Below, piece by piece: positions 56,543 to 64,000 of a stretch of DNA of 64,000 bases. Position 1 is the first letter of the stretch; each line of letters starts with the position of its first letter. Source of the DNA: Bugula neritina (Eukaryota; Animalia; Bryozoa); contig OZ037767.1 in assembly GCA_964035545.1 (NCBI GenBank), positions 27,358,628 to 27,422,627 of the forward strand, read 5' to 3'. A model generated the notes under the pieces. It had not been told where the DNA came from and searched no databases. It saw only the letters and a program-made list of their open reading frames with translations. Made by a program: the position numbers and the translations under genes.

Positions 56543-58204
56543 TGTTTAGCTTATTTGCCTTGAAGTTTTAAATCATAATATATGATAGTTACTATGGAAC
56601 TATGGAATTACATAGTGGATGCTGTAATTATATGCCTGGAAACTTGTGTTCACAGTGAGTGCATACCATTAAAACAACTGACCATTTAGCATTGTAAATC
56701 AGTGCCATTTAACTCAGTCTAGATTTTCTGTTGTGTGGCTGATTTTAATCATGTGCCCCCCAACCCCTTTTCTAAGAAAATTATTGCCTTAGTTCAACTT
56801 TGTTGACCACTCAGGCTATCACAGCTAAAGATATGTTTGGTTTTATTATAAAGGTGTCAGGTATGAGGTGCAATCTATAGTTCGCTCATTGTTCAGTACT
56901 CTGTAAGTAGATTGCTATGTAGTTAAATGTTGTAAGTATTCACCTTTGAAGATATTTTGCCGGTTTAGTATTAGTGTAGCAAAATACTTACAGAGTTCAT
57001 GTAAGCATGACAAAGCACTTGTGTATCCATTCTCACTGAGTTCTAAGTCAATTGATCTCTAAATCAAACTTGTTAAATTGTAAATATGTTTAGTGTTGTT
57101 GGTGATATAATATTATCTATGAATCAAATAGATTTGGGTATTTGCGTATTCACACAATTAAAGTTTTCTGTTGGGTTTTTACATTCTTTTTTGTCAAGAA
57201 ATGTATGGATGCATGCATTTTACTACATATTCTGCATAATATTTTTCAAAAAATTATTTTCTACAATAATTTAAACAACTTGCAATAAATTAACATAAGA
57301 ATTTCTATCTGTTGTATTTGTTATATAAAAACATCCACATGGTAAGCTCCTTATATTTAAATTCAATTTAACTCAGGTTGATTATTTGTGTATATAATAT
57401 ATATCCAACAATAAGAACTTTTTAAGCTGAAGTTGTGTGTGTGGCTGTGTAGATTTTTCACACAGGATCTCACTGGGCATGCTCTGTTAAAACTACGAAA
57501 TATTTTAGCACTGTTATTGAGGGTTTTCCTCCACAGAATGGTCTTAAATATATTGAAAATGATGTTACAGCTAATGAGACAGAGTGGTTTGATTTTTGGC
57601 AATTATAATTATATATTGTGATATTATTTTGGAATATTGTAATACTTTTAATGTAATATTTCAGATCATGCTAATATATTATTAGCTGCCAATAATTGCT
57701 GGCGAAAGAAGTTTTCCTTAGATCTGCAAGTTGTTTGAAATTGTGTCTAATACTTGTTTGTCATAGTTTATGAAACATAGTTACGTAATATTTGTTGGCT
57801 GCTTCATATATTATGAGTTGCTTCTAGAAACATCAGCTTTAGCCAAATTTTAGAGATTAGTTCTAATAACCATCCAAGTTATATCAATATTTTACATAAT
57901 TTACAGATTTATTCATTGTATATTGTATTCACTTGTATTTAACTTTCATCACCTAGGGGCCATTAATCACATCTCAACACTGGTTAAAGTTTACCAGTGA
58001 AACTTCAGCAGGCTCGAACTACTTGCGGTCAGGGAATGTAAAATAAATTTATTGAGCTACGTCTTCAATGATATGTTCTGGTTTATAAAACCAACAGCTG
58101 CCACCTTACTAAAACTGTGTGACAGCATGTCACGATTAACACTATAGAAGGCATAGTTGACCTTGGGGTTAACTTCAGCTTTTATCTTTAACCTAATAAC
58201 TATG

Positions 58205-60555
58205 GTGGATGATAATTGATAACAATTTTTATCAACACTAAGTATTCTAACTGTTATCACATTACAGTATAAGATTGGGGCTTCTCTAAGTATATCATTA
58301 AACTTATAATATTATAGACACTACAGCAGACAGCTAGTAAGACACAGAAATATACTATTAACCAGTTGTGTAAGAATCAAGAGTTAGGCTATGGTGAAAC
58401 TAAGTAAGTTCAAGTTTAATTCCTCATGTTATTCACTATTCATTTCATATACTAAATGACACAGCTGCTATAGCAATTAGAAGTTACCAGAACTTATTTT
58501 CTTATGGGCATAGTTTTGCTTTCAATGTCACCAGCTTTTCTGTAGCTTGTTACAGAATAAGCTTTGGAAATGAATTCTTTACGTCAGAAATATATATTAT
58601 TATTAGCATAAAAATCATCCAATTCACTATGATTTCAGTAAAGAGTTTAAGCAACACTTAGCCTGCTATAAGTATAGTTACTTACTAAGTTACTACAGGT
58701 GGGGAAATTCTAATGTATGCAAAGAGCTACCACAACAGCTAATAAACTTGCAACGACGGTGCGAACTTAACCCCCTCCCCCCACAAAGTCTAACTCTATA
58801 GCTAACCAGAGAAGCAACAGAAGAGAACTATTTAGCTTCATTACTTTGTCTTCTGGAAAATTGGCCATTTAGTTTACTGGTAATCAGTTACAGTGCGACA
58901 ACTCCCTACTATATTTCTCTATTTTGATGTCTAGACATATTGCAAAATTCAGCATATGCTATTTTTTTATGTCTCTGGTAACAACAAAGTATTAATTTAA
59001 ATGTATTATTAAATAATTTAATTTAATAAACAGGATTATATAAATAGTTTGATATTGTGTAATGTAGCTAATCATGGACACTAAATGAAAACATGGGGTC
59101 GCTTACCTGTTTATTGCTAATAAATTTATTCAGCTTATGCTTATAAAAAAAATCAAACGGTTTTTAGACCAAATTAAAGTTTATTATCTATCATTAATAA
59201 ATTACATTATCACATAAAACCTGACGTCTGTGGTTGATGATATATGAAAATTGATAAGCAATTTTTATCAACACTAAGTATTGCAACAGTTGAAACACCA
59301 AAGTATATAAGATTGGGGCTTCTCTGAATATATCATTAAACGTATAATATTATAGACACTACAGCAGACAGATAGTAAGACACAGAGATATACTATTAAC
59401 CAGTTGTGTAAGAATCAGGAGTTATGGTAAAACTAAGTAAGTTTAAATTAAACTCCTTATGTTATTCACTATTCATTTCATATACTAAATGAAAAAGCTA
59501 CTATAATATCAAATTACCAAAACTTATTTTCTTATGGGCATAGTTTTGCTTTACAGAAAAAGCTTTGAAAATGAATTCTTTACGTCAGAAATATATTTTT
59601 GGCATAAAAATCATCCAATTCACTATGATTTCAGTAAAGAGTTTAAGCAATACTTAGCAATTGCTATAAGTATAGTTACTTACTAAGTTAATTACTACAG
59701 TCGGGGAAATTCTAATGTATGCAAAGAGCTAATAAACTTGCAATGACGGTGCGAACTGAACCCCCTCCCCTCTCACAAATTCTAACTTTATAGCTAACCA
59801 GCAAAACCTAGCTGTTCAGGCTGCAGCAGAAGAGAACTATTTGGCTTCATTACTTTGTCTTCTGGAAAATTGGCCATTTAGTTTACTGGTTATTAGTTAC
59901 GTCTGCGAGACAACCTCCTGCTTTATTTCTCTATTTTGATGTCTAGACATATTGCAAAAATTCAGCATATGATATTTTTATGTCTCTGGTAACAACAAAG
60001 TATTAATTTAGATTTATTAATAAATTTAAACTCGCAAATCATTAATTTTGATAAACAAGAGTATATATATAGTTTGATATTGTTTGATGTAGCTAATCAT
60101 GGATACTAAATGAAAACATGGGGTCACTTACCTGTTTATTGCTAATAAATTTGTTCAGTTTAAACTGATGAAAAAAATCAAACGGTTTTTGGACCGCATT
60201 AAAGTTTATTATCTATCATTAATAAATTACATTATCACATAAAATCTGACATCTGCGGTTGATGATATATGAAAATTGATAAGCAATTTTCATCAACACT
60301 AAGTATTGCAACAGTTGAAACACCAAAGTATATAAGGTTGGGGCTTCTCTAAATATATCATTAAACTTATAATATTATAGACACTACAGCAGACAGCTAG
60401 TAAGACACAGAGATATACTAATAACCAGTTGTGTAAGAATCAAGAGTTATGGTGAAACTAAGTAAGTTTAAGTTAAACTCTTTATGTTATTCGCTATTCA
60501 TTTCATATACTATAAATGAATCAGCTGCTACAGCAATTAGAAATTACCAGAACTA
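58205..60555. repeat. ~1.03-kb unit tandemly repeated ~2.3 times, with a partial inverted relative at ~60899-61000
   Basis: The anchor ATCAACACTAAGTATT recurs at ~58231, ~59267 and ~60292; copies differ by substitutions and indels. Confidence 0.9.
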
Positions 60556-61028
60556 CAATGGGGGGGGGGGGGGTAATTCTATCTTCACTTTGGTTAACAC
60601 CATCAAGTATTAATTAATGCAATTTTGTGCTGTTTTGTAAATTTCATGTATTATATAACTATAATTTTTGTTCTGCTTATTTGCAACTTTATCACAAAAT
60701 AGTAATAAATATTATTATAGTTTATTGATAACTGTTTCCACCTCTGCTTTGATTTAGCAAGGCTTGTTTCTTAACATATTAACTTAACTAGCACATCTTA
60801 GAAACTAGAAAATGAATCTATATGTTACATTACTCCACCAAGAGAAGGGATTACAGCTACTGTAGCTGCAACTTGTTGGCTTTAGCAGCTATAATTCTAA
60901 GCTGGTTAGCTACACAGTCAAGCTTTGTGAGGAGGGGGGGGGGGTAATTCACTGTCATTGTAAGTTTGCTAGCTGTTGGAATAGCTCTTTGCATACATTC
61001 GTGTTATTAGTTCAGCTGCTTTTCAAGA

Positions 61029-64000
61029 ATGGGTAATGTATCGATGAATTACTGTATACAATATTTAATTACAAGAAAATTTTATTATTTGAGCTGCTTC
61101 TGATTAACGAACTTGAAGTTTGAAAATATTTATACAACTCTACTACCTATGCAGGCTGTATTGACAACTTGATATTTTATCATTATAGCATAATAAGTCT
61201 TTTATTATCATACAATGTATATATTTAAAATTAATTTAATTTCTGGAACCACTCATACAAATAAGAAATAATTTTATACTTCTCAGTGTGTAGTTATGAA
61301 ATACTTTGTCTTATTCTCAGCTGACTGGTGTCTAAATGGTCGATATGGTGGATCTGAAGATGACAGTCCGAATAAATACGCTGTTTCACAACGTTCTCTG
61401 GAAGCCAAGAGTTTTGACAATGGGAAGGAAGATGGTGAGGCCAGTACTAAGGTAGGTGCATCTCACTGCTAGCCTTGGCTCATTAAACTAATCAGTTTTT
61501 GATTGCTGAAATAATAAAACAATACACATTCTCCAGGCTATAAATTAAGTGCAACTTTTTGCAGACTTGTGTTTCACTAAGCTACAGCTATTACTAATCG
61601 AGGTTTGCTGATTTCACAAATCCAAAATTTTGCTTTTAATTACATAATGGCTTCCATGAGCAATTCTAAGATTACTTGATTCAGTTGGTATAGTTTTTTG
61701 CAACGGCTTAAAATCTTATGTAATCATCAATATTTCCATATATTACTGGGAAGGTATATTTACATAGTCACAATTTGTAATGTTTCATTGGCTTACATAT
61801 TTGTATATCTACTGGCTGTGCTGAGAGATGAATGTAAATTGACATGTATGGGAAAATTGTATTAATGCAGGTTTATGGTAGAAGATGGCTGACACTTGGC
61901 CTGTTCTGTCTCTACACCATGACCAATGCCTACCAGTGGATCCATCTGAGTATTATATTTGATGTACTCAAAGTTTACTACAATGAGAGTTTACCAGGGG
62001 ACGACCAACAAAAGGCAAGCTTCAGCTTTTTATTAAACTCAAGTTCCTCTTGGAGTTTTTCTTCCCAAAGATGTCTAATAACTGTTGACTCTGCAAACAT
62101 CAAATCTGTAAAAAAATTTCAAAAGAGTGTATTGATTCACAATATAGTATGTATTTCGTATTTAAAACCTAAATATAATACAACAATACAACTTTGGGAG
62201 TTTTATAAAATATTCAGTTTTGATATCTCGTTTTAACTTGTGTACCCAGGAAGGCCAGTTAACATGCCAACTTGTACTCACCATGCTAATTTTTGAAGTT
62301 TGTCAACTAAATGTTTGCCTGCTAAGCCGATATTCACCTCTAGGCAAGGGCTAAACAGAGATAAAAACTACTAAAATTTTAAAAAATCGAGCAATTGATC
62401 AAAAGTACTTCATGTTTGCACTCTAAAAATGCTGTTGGTATTGTTGAACATGTACTCTGAGTGGCCGCTGTGATGTCAGGATTAAACAGTTCCTAGCACC
62501 ATGCCATGCACTCTCCAGGCTTACCATATCTTACAGAAGTGTGAATTTATATGCCAGATTAATACTTGTAGAGTTTAGCTCTGGATTGGCTCTCAATGGT
62601 ATTCATGTTGGGATACATTCCTCTTATCTTACCAGCCACGTGGCTGCTAGACAGAAAGGGTCTCAGAATTATTGCTATTCTAGGAACGCTTCTCAACTGT
62701 TTGGGTAACTCTTATAGCTAATAGCTATATAGTATTTTCACCTTAACTGTATTGATTGCAACAATTTTATAAATAACAAATAAGTTTTCTAGGGGTTTAT
62801 TTGAAAGGTTTATTAAAACAAACACTAATTTTTTTCTCCGATGATAAATAAACAATAATAAATCAATAAACCAAAATAAAAGAATAGTTTTCAAATATGC
62901 TTCATGTAACTTATTCACAGAATTTTTTTTTGTCAATCGAGTGGTTTTATAAGTTCACGAAACCACATATAATTAACATTATGCTGTGTCAAAGTAATAT
63001 ATGTTTCAATAGACTGATAGGGCAATGGGTAGATATTTCAACCAGCTAAAGTGTTGCAAGAATATGCTATGTGGGTCACAGTTCCAGTTAATGACTGCCT
63101 ATTTTAGGCCATTCATAATTAAATAACTGGTAATAATATCTATATTTAAAACTCATAAAAATAGAATTATAGAATTTCCTATCAGATGTAGAAGCAATCA
63201 TCAAAGTAATTATAGTAACAGCTGTAAGGCAGCATTGTTGAGCTAACATACAGTAAGTATTGTGTAAATATTGCTCTTTTATCTGTTAAAAGGTGCCTGG
63301 ATGAAATGTGCAGCTGTTTCTCCAGATAGATTCATGGTGCTTATGGCAGCCCAAACTGTCTGCTCTATAGCCCAAGTATTCATACTGGGGATGCCTGCAA
63401 GAGTGGCTGCTGTTTGGTTTGGTCCAAGTCAAGTCTCGACTGCAACTTCTTTAGGAGTGTTTGGAAATCAGGTAACTAGAGCCTCTTATTAAATATACTA
63501 GTATCTCTCTCACTGGAGGTTATAGGTGTATTAATGGAGAAATTGAGAAAAGCCTGCGTTCTAAATTAGAAATGATTTTATGTAAAAATGGCACAGGTAA
63601 TAACGGCGCCAGTAATAAGGGCATGAATGAAAAGTAGGAAAAAATGGCACACTGATGTTAAATTTTCCCAAACCCCGAACTCAAACCCTCAACCCTTAAA
63701 TTCCAACCCCAAACTCAAACCCTCATTCCCAAACCTAAACCACCCATTTTAAACACCCAACTCTACCCCAAACCATAATATTGAAAATGTGCCATTTTTA
63801 CCTACTTTGTCATTTGTGCCCTTATTATCTGTGCCATTTTTAACTTGCCATTTTTACCAAACACAAGTTATTGCAATACTTGGATTAACAGACTTCATGT
63901 ATATATTTTGTAGTTAGGTACTGCTGTGGGATTTGTCTTACCTCCTTATCTAGTGAGAATTGATGAAGACTTGAGTGTTACTAGTCGAGGGTTAAACTAT
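61029..64000 (+). CDS. FLVCR: FLVCR-family MFS transporter (choline/ethanolamine/heme), 3'-truncated by the window; exons 61029-61032 (tentative), 61321-61452, 61871-62014, 62572-62704, 63293-63471, 63914-64000+
   Basis: [24 protein letters not shown]; [28 protein letters not shown]; GAWMKC; [45 protein letters not shown]. Confidence 0.93.
63581..63865. mobile_element. MITE-like element with inverted subrepeats and a C-rich core (copy 2)
   Basis: Shares AAAATGGCACACTGATGTTAAATTTT and TAATATTGAAAATGTG..CCTACTTTGTCATTTGTG with 45787-46015. Confidence 0.7.

Overview
AT-rich, intron-containing metazoan (invertebrate) genomic DNA; the species cannot be determined from sequence alone. All exon models were built by eye from GT/GC-AG boundaries and phase continuity. 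Genes, left to right: 5' end of a signal-peptide + IPT/TIG protein (fibrocystin-L-like, - strand); a complete TBC1D15/17-type Rab-GAP (-); a myristoylation-motif, degenerate calcineurin-B/CHP-like EF-hand protein fused to a C-terminal Death domain (+); an achaete-scute-like bHLH gene (+); a brainiac-like GT31 glycosyltransferase (+); CFAP298 (-) head-to-head with MRPS9 (+); a class A GPCR (+); and the 5' part of an FLVCR-family MFS transporter (+). At 29.8-37.0 kb lies a three-level nest: tRNA-derived SINE <- hAT-like foldback MITE <- young 5.26-kb LTR retroelement. That element has identical LTRs, a tRNA-Leu PBS, a -1 frameshift signal, Gag, protease and the integrase zinc finger. It lacks RT/RNase H and the integrase core, and carries an extra non-Env zinc-finger/coiled-coil ORF. 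All six long intronic minisatellites sit at splice junctions, and two are tandem amplifications of the splice site itself.
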